The position numbers and the translations under genes were made by a program. A stretch of DNA of 64,000 nucleotides from Ramazzottius varieornatus (Eukaryota; Animalia; Tardigrada): contig BDGG01000013.1 in the NCBI GenBank assembly GCA_001949185.1, positions 941,226 to 1,005,225 of the forward strand, written 5' to 3'. Under the pieces are notes generated by a model that worked only from the letters and a program-made list of their open reading frames with translations, had not been told where the DNA came from and did not search any database. Position 1 is the first letter of the stretch. Each line of letters opens with the position of its first letter. Positions 36,523-49,885 of the stretch are shown piece after piece.

Positions 36523-38809
36523 GCTATCGCTTTATTATTACTAATTTTATTTTTACCAAATTATCGCGCACCCAAGTGACCTAACGACGCGTGAACAGCA
36601 TGTCCGGCCGTTTCTCGGCTTGATGCTCGAGCGCAGGGGTGATATCTCAGCAGACCGACTCAAGAGTCTACTTCAGACATGCAATTCGTTTAGGGGTCGG
36701 TACGTCATTTCCACGGGCTCGCTTTTCTGCTCATGTGATCGCTGGATCTCGTCTGTTAATGTTGGCATATATGTTAGATTAAATTAGGCAATAGTAGATG
36801 CTTTCTCATTTGATATATTGTATTAAGATGTATTAGACGACTCCAAAATATCAAATCGACATTCAATTACAGGTGCAAGATTGCCCATTCGGCCACTTCG
36901 GCTATACGACGTATCAGAACTAGCTTATTAGATGCTAACAATACTTAGCATGTTGAACTGTATTAATACCTTCGAGCCGGAGGGTCGATATTATATTAAA
37001 GGTCGAGGCTGCGTGCACGGCCTGCATACGACTTTCAAAACAAAGTGATTTCGAACGTTGTCGGACCACGGAAGCAGGCATGTTTACGGAATACAAATAT
37101 GCGTAGTGAAAAAGACGACACACTGTCCAGGGCTCGGAAGTCAAGTGTCGCATTGACTTAATTATCCTGTGGACTTAGTTCGGGTTCGTCATACTTTATA
37201 CGAAGAAGACCACCAAACAAAACCTTAGTCGTAACGACTCTCTGCTCCAACACTTCCTCGGTAAACTCTCGCTGTTTAGCTACCACTCTCGACATGGCGC
37301 ATCCAGTCCGTAAAAAAATGTCTGCTTTCTTGCGCCGACAACCTTCGAAATCGCTATGTTGTGAAGGTCGTTTCCAGGCCTTACACCTAGCCAAAGCAGT
37401 GTAGAAGCAGTGCACCTAGTAAAAGGGAGTGTCGCGGGCAGTGCACGGAGAAAAGGCAGTGGCAGGCCGTGCACCGAGTCACTACGTATATTAAATATAT
37501 ATTAGATTCTGATTAGCTCATGCCACATCGCTGATCACGTTCCCTATAGGGAACTAGGTGGAGAGGTAATGCCAGCAAGAGTATATCCGTACATCCCAGC
37601 AAGCCGTATACGGACATATTTCTGAGTAAGTTGAGCCGATTCTTTCTCGTGGAAGAAGAAACAGTACAAAGTTGCTGTTCTCCTGCATTCTTAAGCCCCA
37701 AATCAAATAAACTAAGCCTTAAAAATGGTGCCCATGAGCTGATTGCATCTGATTATACTGGGCAATGATGCCTCATCGCCTGGTTGAGTGCGCGATAGTT
37801 TCCTAGCACTGTAGTATGACGATTTAACCGGATATTACTTCCAGGATATCTGTCACAAGGGCAACTACTCGCGATAACCCTATCTGCACTACTTGCGATT
37901 CTGCTGGTTTCCGGTTATGGTTTCAGGTACGTTGGACAGGTTCTGCAAAAGTCGCTCTTATCCAGTGTCGCAGTCGTAAAGAGTGTCTCAGGTCACCTTT
38001 CAGTAATGATGCTTTGCTTCTCGTAATGTTTTAGGATCGCTCATCAAAAGCCGGGGACTGCTGACTCGTCGTGGTGGATGCTTGATACGACTGTGGCCAG
38101 TTTAGTAAGATGTGATCCGGAACGAAAGAAAACATCTGCGTACACTCAAAGTGTCTATAACCCGGGAAAGGATAAGCACAGTGGTGCGTGGAACGTTTCG
38201 TAGAACGTTCTCTTTTTGGTAATGAATTCAGAAAGGCAAAGCCCGTCGAACGGTCATGACAGCCAAGACTTTCGTCCTCACTGCCCGCTTTCTGACATAG
38301 AGTAGAAATTAATGATGTCCGCCTCTTTGCCAACGTTTTCTTTCGATCACATCACTGCCTCAGACGAAAGTCCAGGCTATGACAGTAATTAAACGTCCCA
38401 CTTTGATCGTTGCAGTTTTAGGTAAATGGTCAAGGGTCAAACTGGCATCATTTGGGTATCGTGAGAAGAAATGAGAGAAGAATGAGTTTCACACCAATGA
38501 GAAATGAATTAAATTTACACGTGGAGGATCGTGTTACCGCATAACGTTCCTCCGGTCACTCGTGATGAAATGATCACGACCAATTAACTGCATGGTGACA
38601 GCGAAGATAGGTTAGCTTTCTGTGGACAGTGCGTCAGTGAGGAACTGAGACGGGTTCCACGCAATTCTAAGCAATAAGCCGAAACTGACAACATAAACTG
38701 ATTCAAGTTTTCAAATTGGATTGAAAATGGCGGGACTTGTGTATCGAATTCTTCCACGCTACCACTGGGAATTCGGACGGCACGTTCACAGATGTCGGCT
38801 GTCGTTCGA

Positions 38810-39724
38810 CAGGCAATCTATCGAAGTTTCCGTTGAACAGGGCCTGATGTACGTTCTTCACAGTAAGGACGAACATCGGCGGGTCACAGACTTGAATAAT
38901 TACGTAGAATGACCACGAAGTTTGCCGTTGACTCAACGTCGAATGCGAGGAGGGTGAAATGGACTTGAACGGGCAGTAAAGAGACGGCGACCGTCAGACT
39001 GAGGAGGCTCAGCTTTAGAAACCCTTGTCCAGATGTTTTCGCCAAGCAACTCTGGCCTGTCAGATCTTTCGTCCTCGGATTACGGACTGCAACTTCGCCC
39101 GTGTCAGACTCGTGGTTACTGACCGAATCGTTTCGTCCCGGTCCCGTTTCGATAGCTCGGATTTTCCGAGCTGCTCGTCGCGACCTCTGCAGATGTTTGG
39201 GTACATACAGTCCAGTTTGTCCTACTTTACATGCGTCACTGACCGGGTTTCTAAAACCATGCCAATACATCACATAGCTGTTTTCTACCTGTAACTTCAG
39301 CGAATCGCTGCCACGCTGGCAGTTGATTGCATGATTCGGCTACGATGCTGCCGAAATCCAAGAGCTGCCCAGAGACTCTTAACTGCAATGGTCAAAAAGG
39401 CAGTGTTGATACCCGGTAAAATCAAAATGTACATCAGGTACCGAAAGTCTCAACATCGCGCAGAGGATGGAAGCACCTTTGGTTGAGATCCTTGAACACT
39501 TGGTACGGAACATGTTAAATGCAGTTCGGATTGACAGGCACTAAATGTAAAATAAGAAACGTTCTGTAAAATAAGAATCGGAGACCAGAGCGAAACACTG
39601 GGTGATAAGCTGGAAGCATGTTCGAGAGTCCCATATCCACCGTGGCAAATCTTGATAAGTAACGTTGAAGGAGGCGATAAAAGCTGAGTTCGCCATGCGG
39701 CCATAAGTACAATATTTTGGCATG
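38810..39724 (-). pseudogene. Orphan GPCR pseudogene, 5' end cut by a Tc1/mariner element
   Basis: TM2-like FNV remnant, TM6 GFLKLSLLSLTVAVSLLPVQVHFTLL, frameshifted TM7 IQVCDPPMFVL; resembles the 20110-20440 fragment. Confidence 0.5.
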
Positions 39725-41030
39725 TACAGTGTGGATGGGTCAAGTGACTACCACCTAAAACAAAGCGCCATAAACAAATCCCTGTACTCATCTCTCCATC
39801 ATCTCAGCTGATGTCATAATCCATTTTCAATGCCGCATCTTTGGCATGTCGTTTAACAGATTTACTTTTGAAATGCCTCCGAAAACGAGTTCCGAAACGA
39901 GGGCCATGGTGACGGTTCTACACACTCAACGGTTGTCGCTGAAGGAAATCTCTGCGCGACTTTCAAGCCTCGGGAATCCTGTCCATTACAGAACGATGGG
40001 TAAGCTCATCAAAAAAGAAGGACAGAAGCAGATCGGATGGGCCAGACCGGAGAAAAAACTCCCTCCGCAGAATCTTCCCACGGTGCGCACTAGGAATAAC
40101 ATCAGAAAAGTCAAGAAAGCAGTCCTGAAAAAGAACCCAGATTCTCGGCGAAAGCTTGCCCGTAAGCTCGGATGTTCCTACTACACTGTAGGCCAGATCA
40201 TCCGTCAAGATCTAGGTTTGGTAGCGCGCAAGAAAACAAAAGTCAACCACCTAACCGCAGCACAGAAGGAACAAAGGTACGAACGCGGTAAAATGTTTAG
40301 GGGAAGGCTCCGCACACCACCTTTTACCACCATAGTCTCACGACACCACCTTTCACCACCGTGGTCTCCTAATACCACCTTTCAATTCCAAATCATCACC
40401 ACCGTTTACACCGTACACCACTTTCTAACTAAGAGCCACCACCAAGGACTTCGAGGACCACTTTATGCCAGGTTGGATTCATTACTTAGTCTCAGAGAAG
40501 AAAGCTAGATCACGCTTCTAATCGTGATCACAGGTGGCAAGAAGTTTCTGTCAACAGCACGATCTTTAGGATCTTGAGTCCTTCCTGTTCTCTGAACTTG
40601 CCGGAACACCGCTAACTCTCTGGTAATAGTAACCGGACTTCGATGTCCCACTCTGGTACCAGGTCTCCCCCGACGGCGTGACAATTTCTCGATCTTTTTG
40701 CTACTGAAACAGTCTCAAGTTCTTTGCTCGCGAAAGCCGCTGTCTCCGGACAAGAGCGATGCGCAGAGATTTTGAGTTCTAATTAAATAACGGTAGTGAA
40801 CGAAAGGTGGTACGTCCAGACAAACGGTGGCGAACAGGTGCTATTAGGAGACTACGGTGGTGAGGGGTGGTGTACGGAGCACTTTCCAAATGTTTTTTCG
40901 TATCTGAGAGGTGATAGAATCAGAAAGATCTTCACAATGGACGAGACTTGGTTGACTCTCGACGACTGCAACTCCGAAGGGGAATATTACTACACGGACG
41001 GCGTGCTGGAAATTCCTGGAACGGAATGTC
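39725..41030 (+). mobile_element. Truncated Tc1/mariner-superfamily transposon
   Basis: TA-CAGTG left end; transposase HTH region (SRRKLARKLGCSYYTVGQIIRQDLGL...HLTAAQKEQRYER); resumes after an insertion with IFTMDETW (first catalytic D); no right TIR found. Confidence 0.85.
40299..40887. mobile_element. Non-autonomous DNA transposon nested in the Tc1/mariner transposase
   Basis: 8-bp TSD AAATGTTT (40291-40298, 40888-40895); long imperfect TIRs GCTCCG(C/T)ACACCACC with CACCAC repeats. Confidence 0.8.
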
Positions 41031-41782
41031 GAGGCCCTACGTCGCCGGAACTTGAAACGTGGTTGTTATTCGTCACAATAATCATTTAATTGCCCGGCAG
41101 ACTGGATCTGAAAGAAACTGAACACCAATCGATCAGATTTGATGGAAACGAAATTTAATTATCAGGTTCCAGAAAATAACTAAATTACGTAAGCGTATTA
41201 ATCACGGGCGATCGCACATCGAGATTTGGACCAGATTTCGTTATGAGCTGCACCTTCGGTGGTTGCGCGCAGTGTCCTACACAGTCACAAGTGCGGCGAA
41301 GCGAACTTGTCACAATTTTTACAGCATATGCTCACTGTGACGCCAAATTCATGAAGCGGTACAGTACATACTTCCACTCACTTTGCGGGAGCTCGGCCAA
41401 CAAACGCCACTTGAACGTATTGCGGCGCACGTCCCTAGTAAAACTGGCAGAAAGCGTGCGCCACATGGAAACAAGCTTGCTGAGCTTGTCAGCTGGGGCT
41501 AAGCGGAGCTTCCGCGTGGTTTGTGCCTTCTAGACTGTACTGGAATTCTGATGTTTGGTTTAGCCTTCTTAGGAAACGGAAAATATTGAAATAGGAAAAT
41601 TAGGAATTCCGTTCCGAATTCCGTTCCAGGGAGAAAGTTCGGCGGAATGCCCATTCTTACTCCGCGGGGGGTTGTGTAGGCAGTGAATTCGGACCGGGGC
41701 TTTGGTTCACGTGTACGATGACGTGTTGCGAGATAGCATCGAATATTTACAGTAACCAGGATGCTTTCGAAGAATTTTTGTA

Positions 41783-44538
41783 CGAGGTGAAGTGCAAAAC
41801 TTTACTAGCGGCTAAAACATTACTAAGCACCTGTAGAGAAAGATTTCTCAACGCGTATTGGATAGATTTGCTTGCTCCTTTTTATAAAAAAATCAGCAGG
41901 CTCTTGTCTTGGCTTTTGGTGAGGCGAACTGAAAAACGAGTAGGGATACAGACACAGGAATTTAAACTGTCCAGACTCTTCCTCGATATTAGGGAAAACA
42001 CTCCCTGAAGAGCGGCGCCACACGTTTCCGGTCGGTCAGCTGACTTCACCATCTACGTGCTGAGTAAGGCAGCAGCCTGCCTCGTCGCTTGAAAAGTTAG
42101 TGATGTTTCCGCAGCACCAGATTATCCCAAGGACAAGTCCTTGATTAATTGATATTAAATGTTTCCCACTTGAAAGTTTTGTGAATTTCATTTTGTAAAT
42201 CATTCAGCATTGCTGAAATTTGCTGTCCTCGCTAGTCCTTTCTGTTCTTCTTTGACTGCAATAATATTATCGCTGTAATACTGCTGTGCGAACATGGAGA
42301 AGCCTGTGAGGAAGTACAACGGAAATCATACTGGTCTGCTGGATGCGTTGGCAGCAATCGAGAGCGGAGCGATGACTACGAACCGAGCCTCAAAACACTT
42401 CGGTATCCCTCAGAAGACGCTGAGCAATAAGATCAACGGAGTTCATACGAAGAAGGTTGGCAGACCTTGAACTTTTACGGATGAGGAGGAGAAAGAGATC
42501 TGTGACATCTTACTGTGCTGCGCAAAGGTTGGAGCACCGCTCAACAAGAGGAAACTGATGGAAATCGTCCGAGCAATTGCACTTCACAAAGGTAAATCTT
42601 CTTCGTAAACAGGTGCCGTAATCAAAGCTCTTCCTCTTCCGCCGATCGGGTATTCCCATGTCAAATGAACTACCTGGTGGGCTAGCGAAGCTGTTTCTGT
42701 TCATGTGTGGAATGGTATTATTTATAGGCATTGACGAAGGAAAGTTCGGTTCTCGGTGGCACCGAGATCTTTTGGGCAGGCACAAGGAGGTGGCGTTGCG
42801 AACGCTTTGTGCTGTAAGCATGAAGAAGTCAAGAGAATGGACCAGAGATCGATGTGAAGGATGGATCAAGTTGCTGCAGGAATACGCTGATGATGGATAT
42901 TTGAGTAATCCAAATGGAGTTTGGAATCTCGATGAGAGCGGATTCAAGCTTGCTGAAATGTACGATAAAGGATATGCCCAGAAAGGAACGCCCAATATTA
43001 CTGGGTACGTCAAAGGTTCGGCAAGTGATCGCGACAATATGACACTTTTAGCTATGGGAAACGCCAGCGGAAAGATGCTGCGGCCGTTGATACTGTATAG
43101 CGGGAAACTTCACATCGAAAGTCACTTTGACGAGACTGATGACCAGTGTTTCCTAAGTACCAATGCTTCTGGTGTGATGGACACCTTTGTGCTGACGGAT
43201 TACCTTGAGAAAGAATGGCTTCCATCTCTAACCTGTGAAAAGGTACGGCTCGGCTAGACAAATTTGATTCTTGAAAAATTTTCGAAAAAAATAATCTTAT
43301 TCTACGATGGCCATTGTTCACATCTGAACTGCCTTGCACTTCTCGCCGCTTGTATGGAAAGGATTCAAGGATGAACACTGATATCGACGTAAGAACTTAA
43401 TTTTTGCTTCTGACTTGATCAACCCCTGTCTAGTTCTCGTCTTTCTGAACCGCTCATTTTAGGTGACTCGTCAAAACTTTCCGTCGCATATTGTCAAATT
43501 ATGGGCTCCGAATGCTTCGACATATTCGTTCAACCTAGGCGGTCCTTTGAAACATGGCTTTGAGCTGACAGGACTCCCTTCAGCTCTGACGTACTAAGAG
43601 CAACCGTTGATCCAAATCTACCGGTGGACGAAGATGAGGATGAGGATCAAGAAGTGATCGCGCGTGAGTACCATTACGATGAGATTTCCAAAATTCTTCA
43701 AGAAAGCCTGAGCTTAGACGAGGACAAGACTAGAACATGTCTAATCCAGATCAAACAGATTGTCCAGCGCGCATCAGCTGCTCAAGTTATCGCTGCTGAC
43801 TTCCACGCTCATCTGCTGAAAGCGGCACCAAAGAAAAAAAGACAGCTAAAAGATTCTCGTCTTGATCCCAAGCACGGGCTAGCTTTAACTCGATCAGAAT
43901 TCATCAGTGTCAAATTGGACGCAATCCGCAAGGCCAAAGAACAAAAAGCCAAGACCAAGAAACAGAACAAGAAAGATGCTGTTGCTCGTCCCGATGATGT
44001 CCCTGTAAGCGCCAAGAAGAACCCACGCACACGGAAAGCAGCCCCGAAGACGCCAAAGACCAGCGAAGTTCCAGTAGATTCGTCCGTTCCATCCACCAGC
44101 AAGGCTCCAGGTCGAGCCCGGCTTGCCAGAACCGCAAAGAAAGCCGTCGAAAGTGCGAATTCCGCATTGAAAGCACCTCCCAAGCCGAGGAAGCCCAGAG
44201 CAAAGAAACAGTGAAGCCGGTAGCAGATAATTGCATCGAATTTTGTTTTTTAAAAACGACTCTTTGTCCAGATCAGGTCGTTCAAATGCTACCTCACCGA
44301 GGTTCTAGGCGGTTAAAGCAGAAATCCTTGTCCAGTGCCACCTTTGTGACAGTAAAACTACAGTGATTTCTATTACAGTTCGGCCAAACGAAAATCTCCG
44401 CGGAAACTTTACTAACTTTTCTCTCACAGCAAGGCTTGCTCTGGCTGCTTCTTGTTAGATTTTCCAGCACCGCAACGCCACCTTGAAACCCAAAGTAGTA
44501 ATGTTTTAGCCGCTAGTAAAGTTTGGCACTTCACCTCG
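41783..44538 (+). mobile_element. pogo/Tigger-like DNA transposon with both TIRs and a defective, intron-containing transposase (ATG 42294, stop 44214)
   Basis: About 43-bp TIR CGAGGTGAAGTGC(A/C)AAACTTTACTAGCGGCTAAAACATTACTA; TA TSD; HTH_psq (ASKHFGIPQKTL), CENP-B-type HTH, VWNLDESGF, MGNASGKMLRPLILY, FYDGHCSH; in-frame TGA at 42468-42470; third-D region not found. Confidence 0.92.
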
Positions 44539-44759
44539 TACCTTGGAAGATGGGCTTTTGTTTTAGTTCATAAAGAGAGTCAAGAAAAGTTGACAATGAT
44601 TTTACGGACACGTTTGAAAAATCAGAAAGGACAAGTTTGCTTCGCCGCATTGTATAGACAGACGTATGTCCTACAGATTCACCTGCGCGCTGGCCTTGAA
44701 AAGCGTTTGACGTAAATTCTTGACCGTCAGCATGATCAGCAATGGGTCGCATAACCCGA

Positions 44760-46060
44760 TATTAAAAGCCGTAGAAACATGAATCCCGAATTCGTCGTCG
44801 AGCCAACGCCGAATATGAATGAGTCAAGTGCACTTGTGCGGGTAACAACGGAACGGCAACCGTCAGCAAGCCCAGAAACTCAACGTCAAAAAGCCTTGCC
44901 CAGATGTCGTGGCAATTGTAGATGGCAGCAGCCGACGACATTTTTGGCACTAGGCCTATGGACTGGGATTGTATCTCTGCGTCCATCTTTAAACTGAATT
45001 ATGCCACCGGAGTTCCATGTTCAAACTCCAACGCCGTATCCAGCGTAAAACGTCCTCGCTGGCGCGGTGGAAGAAAATCTGAACTAGAATTTGTTCGGGC
45101 GGATTATCCAGCCATCGATAGGTTTTACATCCCTCGCCCGACAGGTTTTTCATCCCGTGCAGTCCTGAACGGAAGTTGCGCGCGATTCAACTTGGTTCCT
45201 CATGTTACGGAGTTACGTTTATACATTGCGTTTTAATGGTACGACCTCCCGTTGAGTTTTGAATGGTGGGCAGGTCGTAGCTGGCTCTGTTCTGACATTC
45301 TCTCCATCACCAGAAAACGCAAGTATTTGCCGCAGCTGTGTTTCGGACCTTTGCCAGCCATCCTACCGTTTGCATTTCGGAAAAGAACTTTGTGGTTCTC
45401 GAGGGCTGTTGATAACTTTGTGTTTGGACGACCACTTCTCTGTCCTTGCTGTTCTGAATCAACGGATCACCTGTCGGGATCTTTACCATACGAAGAGTCA
45501 AGCGCACCAAGAAGCACCATTGGTAAGACCGGAGTTCATTAAGAAGCTGTAGCCAGTGCAAGTGAGTGACTCTAATCACCGCATCGTTTGCGTCGCCCTT
45601 GCGTCGCCAGGCAGTAGAACCATGTGCAGGTATAGAAGTGAAGCACAACAAACGAACGCACATCGAGCTACCAGATATAGGTGCTTGTAAGTTTGCTACG
45701 ACCTGGGAAGCATTACAGCTATAATTATGTTGCCTGCCTCGAGCCTGCAACGGCAGTGTTGATCCAAACTCAGCAGATGCAGATCAGATATCGAACGACA
45801 CAGCATCGTAAGCTGGACGAGTAGTTTGTCCGGTTGCGTTGATTGAATACTTGGAAATAGGACAGAACCAAGATGTTGCACAGGTTGGCGTAGGTTTGGT
45901 TGAGGACGCACTAGTTGAGCGGAGTGTGCAAGGTTCGGTGCCGGCAAACGAGGAGTGCCAGTGGCCAGTTCAACGCCAAAGTGAAACACGTGGTAATCAG
46001 CTGAAATATCGCTCGAAAGTTTCATATCCAAGGTGGACCACTGGTAATTTCGCACCGGAG
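44760..46060 (-). pseudogene. Heavily decayed orphan GPCR
   Basis: LLVCRHRTLHTPLN*CVLNQTYANL (ICL1/TM2 motif), a Cys before TM3, and hydrophobic TM6/7 remnants at 44762-44986. Confidence 0.45.
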
Positions 46061-47575
46061 TTCAATCCCAAAGACGGTGTTTGATGCGTGGGAACCCTTA
46101 ATCGTTTCGTTGGTTGGCGATTCTTTCGCAGGACATAACCCAAATCCTTTCTCGTCTGCGTCGTCCCGTGTTTTGGTATTTGCTATTACACCGTCTCTTC
46201 TTGACCCACTCGCAGACGGAATGTGTTGCCATCAGCCGGAGCCGCTCCATTGGGCAGGGTGGTTCATTGAGCTGCGGTAGGTCAGTCTCGCGCGAGACCC
46301 GCAGATACAGCGGTAGCACCGCCGGTTGCCGCGCCATCCACGTTCTCTATAACCGCGGAGCGCATGCAAAAGGCCATGTTCCTGACCGTCACCCTACTGA
46401 TGGGTGGACATATCCTTAACATTGCTGCCCAGCAGAATACCTGCCTTTGGTTCGTGTACAGGCTCCTTCAGCGAAACTGCGTTCCTACCAAGGTCTTGAG
46501 CTCCCTCAGCTTACTGAGTTGCGTAACGTTTTAGATACGTAAAACGGAAAGTATATACTGTACATGTGTAATTCTTTCTTCTTGCGGCGCTGTGATTCAC
46601 AGTTTTTTGGAACATGCCACGTCTTTCACGTTTGATTTCTTTTTTAATTGGCCAGCAAGCACAGAAAACCCGGAAAAAACTTCATCGGTCCTGTGGCCAG
46701 GTTTGAGAACATACTGATAGGCATCTGTGGTGTGATCTGTAAGCATCCGTAAGCTGTGGTGTGATTAAGGTCAAAACACGGATCGTTTCTCTGAGCGTGG
46801 GGAATGTCCTTCATCAGAATGAAACAATAGAAGCAAAAGACGTCCGCGTGTCCGACAGTGAATGCTAGATAGGTGCAACATCGTCAGTCAAGAAATTAAT
46901 ACGGGAACCTTGAACAGAATTATGATTGGGTCCTGGAGAGTAATCAGCCAGGACATTCGATCACGAAAAAGACTCATTTCACTCTCGTGCGGATCTTGAA
47001 GCTCGCGCGTCATCTGATCCTTTCCCTCTCCTACAATTACACACACTGTACTTAAGCTTGATGGGTTGCAGTACGGTCGTCGTTTTTTGACCTCGCCAGA
47101 TGACGTTTCAGATCAGCATTGTCGCTCGTAACTGGCGCGTTGTATTGGACAGCATTGTCACGTTGTTAAAGTATTTGCTGATAACCGCTACGATTCAGAA
47201 CCAAAGCCTACGGAAATTTTTTGCCATTAGTGAGAAGATGGACAATCGCTCCGACTTTGCTAACTTTACTCTGCGCAATGCGACGAGACGGATCGAACTG
47301 GATATCAGCTCGACCTGGGCCTTCACGGGCCGTGCTGTGAACGCATCTCTTGGAATCTTCGGGAATTATTGTCTCATGTTAGCCGTATACAGGGACGACA
47401 GATCAAGCAGCGGAGTACGTCTCTTGATACTAAACTTTGCCATGTGTGCTTTTTGCTTTTCGCAGAAGGCCAGACCGGAATTTTGGTTCACCTATCAACC
47501 CATAACGCTAATGCCTGTCGTTGCACTCTCTTGAGCACCTTCTTCGGGATGACCGCGAACTGGGCTGACCTTTCA

Positions 47576-49510
47576 CCCAATGGAAAAGTCGGACCTGGAT
47601 ACAGTGGCAGTAGCGTGGACGTCAATGTAGGACGCGGCATGCCGTCCAGCGATCCCACATTGATTTCCCGCCACCTTGCGACCACATTGGTCACTTTGAC
47701 ACCCCATATTGAATTTTCTGCCGCATGTCCTTTCCAGTATTATCCCATATTGATTTCAACTCTTATTGTTGCGCTGTAAATCCCACATTGCTTTCGGTGA
47801 CCCGATTTGATGACGTCAGAGTTCCCATATTGATTTCCAAAGTACTCCCAGCCTCACCAGGTTCCCCATTGAAACCCTGTTAGTCCCATGCCTAATTGAC
47901 CATGCCCATTCGCTACGTCACGAATCCCACATTGTAACCTTTTTGCCTAATCTCATTAACAACAACGGTGGACCCAGTATACAGTGCTGCCACCTGTTGT
48001 ACATGACGTCATGTATCCCACATTGAATAACATGGCATGGTCTGACCACAGGCTCCCACATTGGACCCACAGTCCTAAGCCATTTGAAAAGTTCGGTTGC
48101 TGTGCGGAGCAGAAACGTTCATCGCTGTCGTCTGAAGCGGCGACAGCGATGAAAGTTCCCGCTGCGCGCAACAAGCGAACTCTTCACGACTACCACCTCG
48201 TATACCAGCAGCAAGCTAGCAAGATTCTGCCACTGGTTCGAACCGTCCGACGAGATTTACCATTCTATTTCCAGTTTTTCTCGAGAACGAATTCAAGATG
48301 GCGTCGTGCGAGCTTGACAAGACCCTGTTCCTGAATGCCATGAATGGATACATGACTGGGCTGATGAAACAAGAGACCAGTACAAGCTCATCAATACTAC
48401 AAACGAACGCACAATGCTGATCCAGTACCTGACCCAATTCATCCTTCCTGGAATCCAGCGATGCCGAATCGAACATTGGTGAACAAGAAGAAGGTTCACG
48501 TAAACGGAAACGAAAGTCAAAGTTCGTGGCCAAGGCTGGTGACAAGGGACAGATGGCAAGGGTCAACAAAATCTTGAAGCTGAACGCCGACGGTCGCTTC
48601 GTCAAACTCCCGAAGACCTGCAAACGCATTCTGTCTCTCGATGACAGCAGCGACGATGATAATAAAGCGTAGTTTCTGTAAAGAGCCGGCAGTTTCAGTC
48701 GACTGTTTTTTCAAGCGTTTCAATTGTTCTTATAGCTCTCTCTGAGCCATTTGAACCTTTATCTTGTTTTGAAATTCTTAATTTGTTTTGAATTGATTTG
48801 AAGTACCCAACTTCTCTTGTTGTTCAACTTAAGCTCAAGTTGGATCTTGTCGCTCGTTTTCACGTTATTCTTGAGTGAGATTCTCAGGTGTCCTTCTAGT
48901 GAATTCCCCCCTTGTCGGAATTTTTTGATCCTCGGTTTGATCTGATTGATCCTCGGTTTTAATAGTGCGCAGTCATTTTTCGGCGGTTTATAACAATAGG
49001 CAGACAATAGCACGTCGGCAATGGAAACAGTGCGATCAAGCCAACGGTATTGCTGTAGTTATATCCCGAATCCTAAACGGTTGGACCATGTAGACCAGAG
49101 CCGCTCCACCTCTGCAACTGGAAGGCCTTTACCCAGGAAATCAGTAATCTAACGTTATTAATATGAACACGAGTGATGTGCGTTCAAGAAACAGGTTCGA
49201 AAGTGATCGGGGTATGCAACAAAAGCTCTACCAGATAGGTTTTCGCGTTAGCTATGGGTACCTTACTCAAAAGTTTTTTGATGTTGTCTCATCGCCGGAC
49301 CGTCGTAGACTGCATAACGGCACCAATATGGGATCGTCCCACATTAAACCACCTCATCCTTACGCTGCGATCCACCTTTAGCTTTCAGTGCGTATTTAAA
49401 AGTCTATAAATGTGGGATATTCTGATTCCTGCCTGAATTACACCCTGGAAGCGGCAAACGTCGGTAATGTGAGGTTGCTGTGGAAGCCAAAGGGCACATT
49501 TTTGCATGGG
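47576..49510. mobile_element. CACTA/EnSpm-like non-autonomous element with CCCA(C/T)ATT subterminal repeats
   Basis: Ends CCCAATGGAAAA / TTTTTGCATGGG; about eight CCCAYATT repeats on the left and inverted AATRTGGG copies on the right; it separates adjacent GPCR TM3 codons. Confidence 0.7.
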
Positions 49511-49885
49511 ACTGGCTGCCAATCTAATGTTTGCCGTATGCTATCCTTATCGCTACAAACACATTGCATCAATAAGCGGGTTGCTTTACTGTGCGACATG
49601 GGCACTGGGGGCAACCATCACCGCATTAATCGGGTTCGGTATCGGAACCAAACTTCGGGAAACTCAGGATGGATTGTGTCAGCCCATCATCAAATAAGGC
49701 TTTGATACAATCGAGTCTCTATGTGTAACAGTGATACCCATATTGCTTAGTGGATTGACCATGCTCAGAATCTTCGCAACTTATCTCAGCAGGCGTAGAA
49801 TTCAGCACTTCGGGCCATCTGATCGTGCTCGCGAACCTGTCACCTCTAGGAGAACAAGAATGCTCGCTCGAGCAATGATAGCATC

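Noticed and set aside
43880-44214. Lys/Ala/Pro-rich ORF as a Dsup-like or histone H1 gene
   Set aside because: It lies inside the TIRs of the pogo-like element, downstream of and co-oriented with the DDE region; similarity is compositional only.
47650-48070. Spaced CCCACATT repeats as a CRISPR-like array
   Set aside because: Repeats are only 8-10 nt, irregularly spaced and mirrored at the other end of the element, i.e. transposon subterminal repeats; eukaryotic context and no cas genes.
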